IMG/VR virus record: IMGVR_UViG_2563366853_000004
Span: 1-41,977 of that record
Length of the DNA stretch: 41,977 nt
Reading direction: 5' to 3' (one strand)
Source: a virus
Lineage: Duplodnaviria; Heunggongvirae; Uroviricota; Caudoviricetes
Positions 1-9,147 of this stretch are shown one piece after another. A program made the translations under genes and the position numbers. Position 1 is the first letter of the stretch. Every line of letters begins with the position of its first letter. Below the pieces are notes generated by a model, which was given only the letters and a program-made list of their open reading frames with translations, was not told where the DNA came from and made no database searches.

Positions 1-1284
1 CTACTTCTTCGCCTCTGCAACCACTTTGCTACCCACGCCGCGGTTATTGTATTCCCACATGCGGTTGTAGTTAGTGTCATTCAGATTGCGCTGTACTTCG
101 TCGTTATCATCAACGCTGCCGGTGTTACCCGCAAATGGACGATTAGAGATCACCGCATCAGCCCACGGTTTGGCTGTGTTAAAACCTTCGTTGATGGCGC
201 TATCACGGATCACTACCTGACCGTTGGTATTGGCATCAACATCCAGCGAGCGGCCCAGTTGCGCCACGCCATCACCGGAAGCATTGAAACGGCTGTTTAC
301 GGCGAGGAAACCGTAGTAAATGTTGGACAGCGTAGCCGGTGCAAACACATACGCTTCTTGCTGGGTACGGGAGTTCACCACGCGGAATTCGGTGTTATCG
401 AACACCACTGCGCCGCGACCAGAAACGATATCCACATCCCCTTCAATATAGCTGTTGGTCACCAGCGTACGCGGCTGACGATTCGTTTCCAGACGGTTCT
501 GCACACCGCTGTTGGTGACAAAGAAGGTGTTCTGACGACCGAGAATGTTGACGTTATTGATCTGCACTTTGTCGCCATCAGTACGCAGTGCCACCGCCGG
601 ATGGTTACCCGCATCTACGCTATCGCCCAGCGTGTTTTCGATGGTCAGGTTTTGCAGTTGCAGGCCATTGTTTTGTGACCAGAAGACCGCAGAGCAGAGA
701 ACACCGATACTGTCGCTGCGTTTACTCTGGCAGCTATCGTACATATACCACGCCGGTTTACCTGGCATATATTTGCCGCGCGGGTTGACGTCGTGACGCC
801 AGTCGGCAGGGCTCATGCCACCATCAAGGGAAAGCCCAATCTTCACATCAATCGGTTTTTCACCCGTACCGTACAGAGTAATTCCACCCGGAGCGGCAGG
901 GACATACACCGTTCCCTGATACTCACCAGGCATCACGGCAATATACTGGCGCTTGTTGGTACGCTTGATAATTGCCGCATCTACCGCCGCCTGAATCGTG
1001 GTATGCGTTACACCTTGAGTACCCGCCGGGCCGACAACAAAGTCAGGTTGCGCAGGCAGGGTAATCGGGGAAGGATTCCACGCTGCCGCACCTGGTGTCA
1101 GGGATGCAAAATAGTGTTGAGCATCGAAATTCTGCGCTTCTTTTGCCGACAGAATCGGGCGCGAAGAGGTACCAGGCGCGGTTTGATCAGAAGGACGTTG
1201 ATCGGGCGGTGTTGAGCTACAGGCGGTCAGCGTCACGCCAAAAGCCAATGCCAGCGCCAGACGGGAAACTGAAAATGTGTTCAC
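1..1284 (-). CDS. ybhC: YbhC-like lipoprotein (pectinesterase-fold putative acyl-CoA thioesterase), host gene flanking lambda attB
   Basis: 427-aa ORF with lipoprotein signal (…LTAC) and GTG start at 1284; recalled as the E. coli gene immediately left of lambda attB; the att core lies 47 bp downstream of its start. Confidence 0.85.
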   Translation of the reverse strand: MNTFSVSRLALALAFGVTLTACSSTPPDQRPSDQTAPGTSSRPILSAKEAQNFDAQHYFASLTPGAAAWNPSPITLPAQPDFVVGPAGTQGVTHTTIQAAVDAAIIKRTNKRQYIAVMPGEYQGTVYVPAAPGGITLYGTGEKPIDVKIGLSLDGGMSPADWRHDVNPRGKYMPGKPAWYMYDSCQSKRSDSIGVLCSAVFWSQNNGLQLQNLTIENTLGDSVDAGNHPAVALRTDGDKVQINNVNILGRQNTFFVTNSGVQNRLETNRQPRTLVTNSYIEGDVDIVSGRGAVVFDNTEFRVVNSRTQQEAYVFAPATLSNIYYGFLAVNSRFNASGDGVAQLGRSLDVDANTNGQVVIRDSAINEGFNTAKPWADAVISNRPFAGNTGSVDDNDEVQRNLNDTNYNRMWEYNNRGVGSKVVAEAKK

Positions 1285-1330
1285 AGGTTGCTCCGGGCTA
1301 TGAAATAGAAAAATGAATCCGTTGAAGCCT

Positions 1331-1345
1331 GCTTTTTTATACTAA
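1331..1345. repeat. attL common core GCTTTTTTATACTAA, followed by the lambda P' arm
   Basis: Exact lambda att core; downstream sequence (…AGTTGGCATTATAAAAAAGCATT…CAGGTCACTATCAGTCAAAATAAAATCATTATTTG) matches the lambda P' arm with Int arm-type sites. Confidence 0.9.
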
Positions 1346-1418
1346 GTTGGCATTATAAAAAAGCATTTCTTATCAACTTGTTGCAACGAACAGGTCACTA
1401 TCAGTCAAAATAAAATCA

Positions 1419-2489
1419 TTATTTGATTTCAATTTTGTCCCACTCCCTGCCTCTGTCATCACGATACTGTGATGCCATGGTGTCCGACTTATGCCCGAGA
1501 AGATGTTGAGCAAACTTATCGCTTATCTGCTTCTCATAGAGTCTTGCAGACAAACTGCGCAACTCGTGAAAGGTAGGCGGATCCCCTTCGAAGGAAAGAC
1601 CTGATGCTTTTCGTGCGCGCATAAAATACCTTGATACTGTGCCGGATGAAAGCGGTTCACGACGAGTAGATGCAATTATGGTTTCTCCGCCAAGAATCTC
1701 TTTGCATTTATCAAGTGTTTCCTTCATTGATATCCCGAGAGCATCAACATGCAATGTTGTAGGGATGGCAATTTTTACGCCTGTTTTGCTTTGCTCGACA
1801 TAAAGATATCCATCTACGATATCAGACCACTTCATTTCGCATAAATCACCAACTCGCTGCCCGGTAACAACAGCCAGTTCCATTGCAAGTCTGAGCCAAC
1901 ATGGTGATGATTCTGCTGCTTGATAAATTTTCAGGTATTCGTCAGCCGTAAGTCTTGATCTCCTTACCTCTGATTTTGCTGCGCGAGTGGCCGCGACCGG
2001 GTTTGTTGTTATATGGCCTTCAGCTATTGCCTCTCGGAATGCATCGCTCAGTGTTGATCTGATTAACTTGGCTGACGCCGCCTTGCCCTCGTCTATGTAT
2101 CCATTGAGCATTGCCGCAATTTCTTTTGTGGTGATGTCTTCAAGTGGAGCATCAGGCAGACCCCTCCTTATTGCTTTAATTTTGCTCATGTAATTTATGA
2201 GTGTCTTCTGCTTGATTCCTCTGTTGGCGAGGATTTTTTCGTAGCGATCAAGCCATGAATGTAACGTAACAGAATTATCACTGTTGATTCTCGCTGTCAG
2301 AGGCTTGTGTTTGTGTCCTGAAAATAACTCAATGTTGGCCTGTATTGCTTCAGTGATTGCTATCCTCCTGTCTCGGCCTAATCCAAACTCTTTACCCGTC
2401 CTTGGGTCCCTATAGCAGTAATATCCATTGTTTCTTATATAAAGATTAGGGGGTAAATCCCGGCGCTCATGACTTCGCCTTCTTCCCAT
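1419..2489 (-). CDS. int: Lambda-type integrase (tyrosine recombinase)
   Basis: 356-aa translation beginning MGRRRSHERRDLPPNLYIRNNGYYCYRDPRTGKEFGLGRDRR… is essentially lambda Int as I recall it. Confidence 0.95.
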   Translation of the reverse strand: MGRRRSHERRDLPPNLYIRNNGYYCYRDPRTGKEFGLGRDRRIAITEAIQANIELFSGHKHKPLTARINSDNSVTLHSWLDRYEKILANRGIKQKTLINYMSKIKAIRRGLPDAPLEDITTKEIAAMLNGYIDEGKAASAKLIRSTLSDAFREAIAEGHITTNPVAATRAAKSEVRRSRLTADEYLKIYQAAESSPCWLRLAMELAVVTGQRVGDLCEMKWSDIVDGYLYVEQSKTGVKIAIPTTLHVDALGISMKETLDKCKEILGGETIIASTRREPLSSGTVSRYFMRARKASGLSFEGDPPTFHELRSLSARLYEKQISDKFAQHLLGHKSDTMASQYRDDRGREWDKIEIK

Positions 2490-2685
2490 TTCTGATCCTC
2501 TTCAAAAGGCTACCTGTTACTGGTCGATTTAAGTCAACCTTTACCGCTGATTCGTGGAACAGATACTCTCTTCCATCCTTAACCGGAGGAGGGAATATCC
2601 TGCACTCGCGTACCCATCGACGAACTGTTTCAAGGCTTCTTGGGCGTCGCTGGCGTGCGTTCCACTCCTGAAGTGTCAAGTACAT
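2467..2685 (-). CDS. xis: Excisionase
   Basis: 72-aa translation MYLTLQEWNARQRRPRSLETVRRWVRECRIFPPPVKDGREYLFHESAVKVDLNRP… matches lambda Xis; overlaps the int start as in lambda. Confidence 0.95.
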   Translation of the reverse strand: MYLTLQEWNARQRRPRSLETVRRWVRECRIFPPPVKDGREYLFHESAVKVDLNRPVTGSLLKRIRNGKKAKS

Positions 2686-2697
2686 CGCAAAGTCTCC

Positions 2698-2711
2698 GCA
2701 ATTACACGCAA
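2698..2711 (-). promoter_or_regulatory. pI-type CII-dependent promoter element (TTGC-N6-TTGC) at the xis 5' end
   Basis: Minus-strand sequence TTGCGTGTAATTGC, the same motif and position as lambda pI. Confidence 0.6.
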
Positions 2712-2790
2712 GAAAAGCCGCATTGATGCGGCAATGGTAGGTCTGGATATCTTGAGAAATGAACAGGCCTCATCGAGTATGAGGCTGTGG

Positions 2791-3135
2791 TTAGTCCTTG
2801 CGTAACTCGCTAATTCTTCTGTAAGTCTCTGGTGCTTTGTTTCCGTGTATCTTCATTTCAGACTTCAACAGAGCAACGAGGGAATCCCATTCGTTGAGGA
2901 TTCCTTTGAATGCCGGAACGCGCTTTGCAACCTTGTCGAATGAATCTCTGATTTCTGGAATCTGCTCAACAAGTGCAACGCATCGCCGAAAGTCTGCTGC
3001 GTCATGGGGAGCGCCGAAGTGATGACCATAGATATTCTTTTTCAGTCCACATGCGATTGAGGCAAGAGTTGCGCTACTGATGCCGACATCGCCAGTCGAT
3101 TGCCATTTCAAAACCTTCATAGCCAAATCTGACAT
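2791..3135 (-). CDS. Hypothetical protein (not a lambda gene)
   Basis: ORF with GGAG 7 nt upstream of the ATG at 3135 (MSDLAMKVLKWQSTGDVG…); same strand as the leftward operon; not recognised. Confidence 0.5.
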   Translation of the reverse strand: MSDLAMKVLKWQSTGDVGISSATLASIACGLKKNIYGHHFGAPHDAADFRRCVALVEQIPEIRDSFDKVAKRVPAFKGILNEWDSLVALLKSEMKIHGNKAPETYRRISELRKD

Positions 3136-3212
3136 TTCTTGTCTCCAATAAAAAACCGCCATCAGGCGGATTGGTGTTCTTTCAGTTCTTCAATTCGAAT
3201 ATTGGTTACGTC

Positions 3213-3524
3213 TTATTCGATGCGCAATCCTGGTATTTCGCCTTTTGATATTGCTAAGTCATAAATTTGCGCAGCACTATACCCATCTCGCATCCATGAA
3301 TCTAAGGCGCGAACAGTCTCGCTACGCTTTTTATCTTCTCTCTCATTTTTGATATCAACGAGGACATCAACGCAATTAAGGCAAATGTGGATTTTGTCCT
3401 TACATTCAATCATGGCGGCTTTACCATGATTTCCGCCACACAGTGAGCATAAATCTTCAGGGTCTGGCTGGTATTTCTGTAACGTTAGAGTGTTGAATGT
3501 TGAACAGACCATAATCATCTCCAT
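3213..3524 (-). CDS. Hypothetical Cys-rich (Zn-finger-like) small protein
   Basis: 103-aa ORF with C-x2-C … C-x2-C spacing (CSLCGG … CLNC); alternative ATG starts at 3518 and 3512; no clear SD. Confidence 0.45.
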   Translation of the reverse strand: MEMIMVCSTFNTLTLQKYQPDPEDLCSLCGGNHGKAAMIECKDKIHICLNCVDVLVDIKNEREDKKRSETVRALDSWMRDGYSAAQIYDLAISKGEIPGLRIE

Positions 3525-3583
3525 AAAACAAAACCCGCCGTAGCGAGTTCAGATAAAAGAAATCCCCGCTAGTGCGAGGATTG

Positions 3584-4789
3584 TTATTCATTGCCGATAT
3601 TCACCTTTATCGCGAACACCTTTACCGGTTTATCACCGAAGTGCGGATGTGTGATTGTCTTGATTTCATATCCGTCATACGGGACGTCAATTCTGCGACT
3701 GAAATCGTCGCGCTTCGGATATCCCTTTGTGATAATCAGGCGGCCATACTCGCGGAACATGATTCGCTTATTCCAGTAGTCATTACACAGGCGATACTCT
3801 TCCGTCTTCTCTCCGCGAATCATGGCATCGAAGTATTCACCTTTAACGGCAAGTTGCAGGTTAGCCACGGTTAACTCCTGCTTCGGTGCTGCTGGCATTT
3901 CACGCCAGTGCGTAACTGAGTGCGGATCCGGATATTCGGTGCCATCATCCCAGCGATTACCATTCCACATTGCAGACCACATCTCACCGTCTTCATACAT
4001 GACCATTACCGGAATTAACTTATCCGGCATTCGCTCACTACAGCTTATCCAACCATCCGGAGTTACCGGAGAGTTGCCAGCCAGTCTACGCAAAACAGCC
4101 TTAACCGCCTCAATACGGTCATCATCGCAATTTTCCAGCGTATCTATGCGGTCGAGCATGATGATGGCGTTATCAATATCAGGATTGCCGGTCCACTCAT
4201 TACCGCGATTGGATTCGGCAGCCTGGTTGCCACGTACTGGTTGATTCTCGGCTTTACCCTGTCTGTCGTCGCTGCATGAATGCCCTTCCAGCCAGACCAG
4301 TGCTTGTCGCATGAAATACGCAATATGCTTGCCGTGGTAATCGTCTTCATCGATGTGAAAAGCGATACTGCGGATATATTCAATTGCGTTTTCAATGGCC
4401 TCTAACGCTATCGGTGCTGGCGGAGTGGTATATAGTTTTCGACATTTGTTTATCCAACCGGCATGGTCAGGCGTGTCTGTAAAGCGCAAATCGTCTTCGT
4501 AGCCCTCACGACTACGTTCTTTCCATTCCGTCCACGGAACACCGCTATTCCAAGTGGGGCGAGTGCAGGACTGATACAGAACAGGCTCTGCTTCCAGCGA
4601 TGCCAGCACAATTCGTGCCAGCTCACGCACTACTTCCGGGGGCGCGTAACGGTCATTCAGGTCATCCCACAGGCGTAGCATGTTATCGCTACTAGGGTGA
4701 ACATCCTCGTTAGTTCCGGCAAGCGCACTAATAACCTCATCGGCTGCCTCAATAATTTTCAGAGCTTGTTCTCTGGTAATAGTGGTCAT
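3584..4789 (-). CDS. Multidomain protein: unknown N-terminal region, DUF551-like middle segment, ASCH/PUA-like C-terminal domain
   Basis: 401-aa ORF; the DGWISCSERMP…THWREMP segment resembles DUF551 of lambdoid early-left proteins; the C-terminal KGEYFDAMIRGEKTEEYR…ITKGYPK segment resembles ASCH. Domain calls are from memory. Confidence 0.6.
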   Translation of the reverse strand: MTTITREQALKIIEAADEVISALAGTNEDVHPSSDNMLRLWDDLNDRYAPPEVVRELARIVLASLEAEPVLYQSCTRPTWNSGVPWTEWKERSREGYEDDLRFTDTPDHAGWINKCRKLYTTPPAPIALEAIENAIEYIRSIAFHIDEDDYHGKHIAYFMRQALVWLEGHSCSDDRQGKAENQPVRGNQAAESNRGNEWTGNPDIDNAIIMLDRIDTLENCDDDRIEAVKAVLRRLAGNSPVTPDGWISCSERMPDKLIPVMVMYEDGEMWSAMWNGNRWDDGTEYPDPHSVTHWREMPAAPKQELTVANLQLAVKGEYFDAMIRGEKTEEYRLCNDYWNKRIMFREYGRLIITKGYPKRDDFSRRIDVPYDGYEIKTITHPHFGDKPVKVFAIKVNIGNE

Positions 4790-4799
4790 TTGTTATGCC

Positions 4800-4997
4800 T
4801 CAATACACGAAATCTGTTTTAAATTCATGGTTACATTCTGGACAGCATGTTTCGTAACCTTTTATTTCTTCACATGCCTGTTTAGCTCCAGAAAACTCCC
4901 AGAAATCTGGATCACAAAGCAGATCGAAATTGTGACCACATTTGGGACATTCGGTATCAAGTGACAGACTCCAGTAAGCAGGGGTATTTTTATCCAT
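4800..4997 (-). CDS. Small Zn-ribbon protein (double CxxC)
   Basis: AGGAG 6 nt upstream of the ATG at 4997 (MDKNTPAYW…); CPKCGHNF…CCPECNHEF motifs. Confidence 0.55.
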   Translation of the reverse strand: MDKNTPAYWSLSLDTECPKCGHNFDLLCDPDFWEFSGAKQACEEIKGYETCCPECNHEFKTDFVY

Positions 4998-4998
4998 A

Positions 4999-5187
4999 TC
5001 ACTCTCCTTTAGTGCGCAAGTGGTTTTTCCAGAGGTTTTGCGCCGCGCTGGGCTTTTTGCAAAACCCACAATCCATCATCCCGTAATATTTCATCAACCC
5101 CATCCGTCGGTTGCTGAGTCTCACCCACTGCCAGACGCCAGGAGCGTTTCTACGAACTAACAGAATCTTTGCTTTACGGTTTTTCAT
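4999..5187 (-). CDS. Small basic ORF (MKNRKAK…), uncertain
   Basis: 62-aa ORF whose stop abuts the start of the Zn-ribbon gene; weak SD; its 5' end is repeated at 5341..5360. Confidence 0.3.
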   Translation of the reverse strand: MKNRKAKILLVRRNAPGVWQWVRLSNRRMGLMKYYGMMDCGFCKKPSAAQNLWKNHLRTKGE

Positions 5188-5532
5188 CTTACTGCGTACC
5201 CTTTCTTCCGCCTGTTCTGTGACGCAGTAGGCTTACGCTTTGCGGCAAAAGCCACCTGACCAAATGGATGGAGTACCGCTATCTTATGGTTGCTAATAAC
5301 CAGCTCCACCACACGCACAGGTCGCTGTAAAAAAAGTCGTTTTGCCTTACGGTTTTTCATCGCTTTGCTCTCCTGCGTCTCTTTGCTGCTCGTCGTGCCG
5401 CTGCAATACCGGTATGGCGGCGCTTTGGTACTGGGGTGATGTTGTCAGCCATCAGGACCTGTGGCTTTGCAATTAGCGCAGAAGCCCAAAAACGAGTCGG
5501 GTACGGTAACAAGCCAATACATGCCACACGCA

Positions 5533-6087
5533 CTACTCACCTCCGTTGATGCGAATGCCTGTTGCAATGCTGTTTATGATGCTGTCAGTGCATGGGGTAG
5601 AAAGCTGGGCATCTCCAGCAATTTTCATGACATCAACATCTGCATATCGAATACCGAGGTGTATCAGACCGGCTATACCTGACTTAAGCCGAGCATTTTC
5701 CATAAACAGATCCTTTGCCCGCTGTTTTTCTGCCTCAAGCTCAACGCGCAACTTCCCTACCGTTAACGCAATATCCTCGTTCTCCTGGTCGCGGCGTTTG
5801 ATGTATTGCTGGTTTCTTTCCCGTTCATCCAGCAGCGCCAGTACGGTAGCCGGATTGGCTGCGGCGATGAATTCAGCATTGGCCTGCTGTTCCATTTGGA
5901 AATCTTCATCGAAACCGCTTTCAGGATGTGCTCCTTCAATTCTGCAAATGGGAAGATATCCAACAACTTCACGATGAATTAACGCATCATCACAATCAAA
6001 TCGGCTCTCTCCATATTCGAGCGACCATACACCACACGTTGCTTTTTCTGCCTTGGCACGCAGTGCCTGATAGTCAATCTTGCTCAC
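5533..6087 (-). CDS. Ead/Ea22-like early protein
   Basis: N-terminus [21 protein letters not shown]… and the AEFIAAANPATVLALLDE motif recalled from the Ea22-like family. Confidence 0.6.
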   Translation of the reverse strand: MSKIDYQALRAKAEKATCGVWSLEYGESRFDCDDALIHREVVGYLPICRIEGAHPESGFDEDFQMEQQANAEFIAAANPATVLALLDERERNQQYIKRRDQENEDIALTVGKLRVELEAEKQRAKDLFMENARLKSGIAGLIHLGIRYADVDVMKIAGDAQLSTPCTDSIINSIATGIRINGGE

Positions 6088-6599
6088 TGGTTGCCTCCTT
6101 TGCGAAGTTTCGCGGCAAAATCAGCCGCAACCTCTTTGACCATATTGGAAAGCGGAGTGCCACCTCCGAATTTTTCTGAGAACATCTCCACGCCCTGTGC
6201 CCGCAGTTCCGACAGGAAAGCGTCGGTGGCTTGGGTTTCGATATCGTTAATTTCAGGAAGAATCTCTTCCCATGTAGCGATATCGCCATTCAAATGCCAT
6301 CCGGCAATTCCACTGGAGTTATCCGCAACACTGCGAACGGCTTCAATAGTTTCATGCATTGCCGCATTCTCCGCTGCCAGCGCCGAAAACTTCTCGTGTG
6401 CCAACTTAACAGCCGCATCAGCCTGCTTAATTGACTCAATCGCTTTCTGGTGGTCTTCGGACAGAGCCGAAATCTTGGCCTCCGCTTCAGCAAATTTACG
6501 CACCAGATATTCAGCGTTTGTTTCGTTAACCTTTAAATCTCGTGGGATGCATTTACCTTTCAGAAAACCATCCATCTCAATTAGTGACATTTGTTTCAT
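6084..6599 (-). CDS. Hypothetical coiled-coil protein
   Basis: ORF track gives a GTG start at 6617; an ATG at 6599 overlaps the upstream stop as ATGA; overlaps the downstream gene start. Confidence 0.5.
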   Translation of the reverse strand: MKQMSLIEMDGFLKGKCIPRDLKVNETNAEYLVRKFAEAEAKISALSEDHQKAIESIKQADAAVKLAHEKFSALAAENAAMHETIEAVRSVADNSSGIAGWHLNGDIATWEEILPEINDIETQATDAFLSELRAQGVEMFSEKFGGGTPLSNMVKEVAADFAAKLRKGGNQ

Positions 6600-6760
6600 T
6601 TCTTCCCACTCCGCCACATCGCATTCAGATATTTGTTTTGATTCACTGATGGAAACGAGTTTTGCTTAAGTAATTCCTCTCTCGATGGCATTGGCTTTAC
6701 GCGTTGGCGAATAATCATTTCTGCCGGAAGAATGCCGGGATTGTATGCAAGTCCTCTCAT
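6596..6760 (-). CDS. Small hypothetical protein (54 aa)
   Basis: Hand-translated ORF below the track cutoff, coupled by ATGA overlaps at both ends (6757..6760 and 6596..6599). Confidence 0.35.
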   Translation of the reverse strand: MRGLAYNPGILPAEMIIRQRVKPMPSREELLKQNSFPSVNQNKYLNAMWRSGKK

Positions 6761-7038
6761 GATTTACTCTCAACGAACTGGTCAATAGCCATGCTAAGTG
6801 ACACACCTAAAGTCTCGATATGCTGCTGAATATCCTGTAGCGTCTGCGCCTGAGATAACAGGATTTCACGGTTGCATAACTCTTTAACCAGATGCTCAAA
6901 CTTGCTGTAATAACCGATACGACTTAGTGTTTCTTTCCCTGCATTCTCGCCTTCTTTGATAATTCCTCTTTCGCTAAGAATCAGATCGTGTTTGGTTCCG
7001 GTGATAACGTATTTGCCGAGGTCGATGTTTAGCTTCAT
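6757..7038 (-). CDS. Hypothetical protein
   Basis: 93-aa ORF in the leftward operon; not recognised. Confidence 0.45.
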   Translation of the reverse strand: MKLNIDLGKYVITGTKHDLILSERGIIKEGENAGKETLSRIGYYSKFEHLVKELCNREILLSQAQTLQDIQQHIETLGVSLSMAIDQFVESKS

Positions 7039-7054
7039 TGTTAATTATTCCATG

Positions 7055-7369
7055 TTAATTTATTCGTATGCCTGCTCTTTCTTCATCGAGTTTTTTTAGC
7101 TTGTATCGCATAGCCCTTACTGAATAAATTGAGCGGCAGGTTGCAATTGCTATTTCTTCTGCGGAGAACTTACCGAAAAGTGATACTTCTGCTCTTGTCC
7201 AGCGTCTTCCACGAAGTCGGCTAACAATGTCAGCGCCAATCCTTGTTGCTTTCGCCATAACTGCTTTTTCAGTCCTTTCCAGTTTTTCAGCAATAACTTC
7301 AACTGGCATTGTCGCCGATACTTCGCGCAAGAAATCGACTTCCCATTTCTCCCATGGAGTCTTTTTCAT
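7055..7369 (-). CDS. Hypothetical protein
   Basis: 104-aa ORF in the leftward operon; not recognised. Confidence 0.45.
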   Translation of the reverse strand: MKKTPWEKWEVDFLREVSATMPVEVIAEKLERTEKAVMAKATRIGADIVSRLRGRRWTRAEVSLFGKFSAEEIAIATCRSIYSVRAMRYKLKKLDEERAGIRIN

Positions 7370-7380
7370 AGGCGATACCG

Positions 7381-7869
7381 TTATTTGATAAGAAGTGAAG
7401 GTTTCCCAACCTTGAGTTGAGCACCGGGAATATTTATTCCTGCTTTTAGTTGGTGCTTGATTGCCAGTTTGTCGGCTTTAATTGTCGTTTCAAACTCAAC
7501 GTATTCAGGAGGAAGGGCGCTTGAGTCGATTATTTCTACAATTTCTGACGGTTTGCGGATTGTTACCTGGTGAATACCTGCTCGAATATTTTTCTTGCCA
7601 ACCATTTCAAGCGATGACGCTATATATGATTTGATGCTGTCAATCTTATTTTGAATTACTGCGGCTCGCTCATTCAGTGACTTTGCCTCTTCCTTGAGGC
7701 GTTCGGCATAACCAGATTCATTTTTAATGACGGAAAGAAGTTGTTCTATTTTATCGGTAAATTCTCCTTCCATGCCTTCTATTGTGTCAGCAATCATCTC
7801 TGGTTCTAAATCTGAATCCATCAATTTTGCGTATTCATTGGCAATTTCATATAGTTTGCTCACTGGCAA
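7381..7869 (-). CDS. Siphovirus Gp157-like protein (RecT-associated)
   Basis: 162-aa translation resembles the Gp157 family usually found next to RecT-type recombinases; overlaps the recT 3' end. Confidence 0.55.
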   Translation of the reverse strand: MPVSKLYEIANEYAKLMDSDLEPEMIADTIEGMEGEFTDKIEQLLSVIKNESGYAERLKEEAKSLNERAAVIQNKIDSIKSYIASSLEMVGKKNIRAGIHQVTIRKPSEIVEIIDSSALPPEYVEFETTIKADKLAIKHQLKAGINIPGAQLKVGKPSLLIK

Positions 7870-8758
7870 CCTCCAGTTTCGCTTTGCATTCTATGTAAAT
7901 GGCTTGTACGTTCTGCTGCAATTTCATTCCAGATGTCAGGCGATATGCTTCTGCAAAATATCTCTTCAAATCATCCATGTTTTCAGCCTGAGCCATTTCA
8001 TCACAAAGAAGTTGTGCTTTTTCCGTTATTTCCTGCTGGCGTTTCCGTTCATCTTCGCGGATATCTTCCTCTGATTTATGCGGCATAACTGGTTCAGTCC
8101 ACACACCTTCTTCTTCGTTTAGTACGTGAATAGCACTATCAAGACGTGATGCCTTAGGCCAATACTTGCTTGCACGCTTTACGACCGTCTTTCGCGCCAT
8201 CTCATTCCAGTGATTTACCCATGGTCCTTTATCGCTGAATGCTGCCTTGCTTGTTTTCCTTACAGCCTCAATTTCAGCCAGACTCATCTCTTCCGTTAGA
8301 TAATCACCTGCTGGCGTCTTAACTGTGCAGTAAACGCCAACGATATCACCACGATCACCGAAGGCGTTGTATTTATGGGTTGGTGCTTTATCAAGCCCGT
8401 TTGACTCATAGGTATCGTTAGCATGAACAAGTTTTGCCTGACCCCATGAGATAACACCAGACTCCATTGCAATATGGAGCAATCCCATATAGCTGATATC
8501 AAGGCAAACCATGCCATCGCGCGGAACCAGATAAGCCAGTTTGCTTGCAGGGTTTAAGGTGATGCCGATCGCCGCAACATTGATGATGGCGTTCTGTGCG
8601 CTGGTTGGATTTGCCAGTGCTGTTTTAGCCAGGTAATCATTTTTCTGGAAATACTGAATTGCAAACTGGCTTTCCTTAGCCCATGTCACCGTCTGTTCAG
8701 TCAATGCTCCGCAGAATAACTGCTCCTGCTGTTTAACGAATTCAACGATATTGCTCAT
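7847..8758 (-). CDS. recT: RecT-family single-strand annealing recombinase
   Basis: 303-aa ORF; KGPWVNHWNEMARKTVVKRASKYWP resembles the conserved RecT segment NGPWVTHWEEMAKKTAIRRLFKYLP recalled from Rac RecT. Confidence 0.8.
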   Translation of the reverse strand: MSNIVEFVKQQEQLFCGALTEQTVTWAKESQFAIQYFQKNDYLAKTALANPTSAQNAIINVAAIGITLNPASKLAYLVPRDGMVCLDISYMGLLHIAMESGVISWGQAKLVHANDTYESNGLDKAPTHKYNAFGDRGDIVGVYCTVKTPAGDYLTEEMSLAEIEAVRKTSKAAFSDKGPWVNHWNEMARKTVVKRASKYWPKASRLDSAIHVLNEEEGVWTEPVMPHKSEEDIREDERKRQQEITEKAQLLCDEMAQAENMDDLKRYFAEAYRLTSGMKLQQNVQAIYIECKAKLEVASEQTI

Positions 8759-9066
8759 GCTGCTTCTCCATAAATGTGTCTGCGTTTGAATATTGCGAAG
8801 GCATATTCAGCCTTAACTCTTTCGGTTATTGCATCCCAGAACCATTCAGCGGCTTTTTCCTGATAGTTACAATCATCATCTTCCAGCCAGTCGATAGCGT
8901 CCTTAGTGTGTTCATCTGGTTTATATGAGCGAAGCATTTCGCTTATTGGGTCGCAACGTTTGCAGAGGCGATCAACTTCACTGTTGATTCGCTCGTAATC
9001 TTCATCAGTAAAACTTGCGATTATTTGCGATATTTCACGCTTATCATTCAGAGTCAGAATCATCAT
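8755..9066 (-). CDS. Hypothetical protein
   Basis: 103-aa ORF with AGGAG 4 nt upstream; stop overlaps the recT start (ATGA). Confidence 0.5.
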   Translation of the reverse strand: MMILTLNDKREISQIIASFTDEDYERINSEVDRLCKRCDPISEMLRSYKPDEHTKDAIDWLEDDDCNYQEKAAEWFWDAITERVKAEYAFAIFKRRHIYGEAA

Positions 9067-9147
9067 CTTTCTCCTGTTCTTTGTGCTGATTGAGCATTTT
9101 GTTCATCTGACGAATGAATTCTTCGTCTGACCAGTTATCTGTAAAAC

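Noticed and set aside
259-1316. Several plus-strand ORFs (60-140 aa) inside ybhC
   Set aside because: They are antisense to a well-supported host gene, have no SD, and give Arg/Cys-rich low-complexity translations typical of antisense frames.
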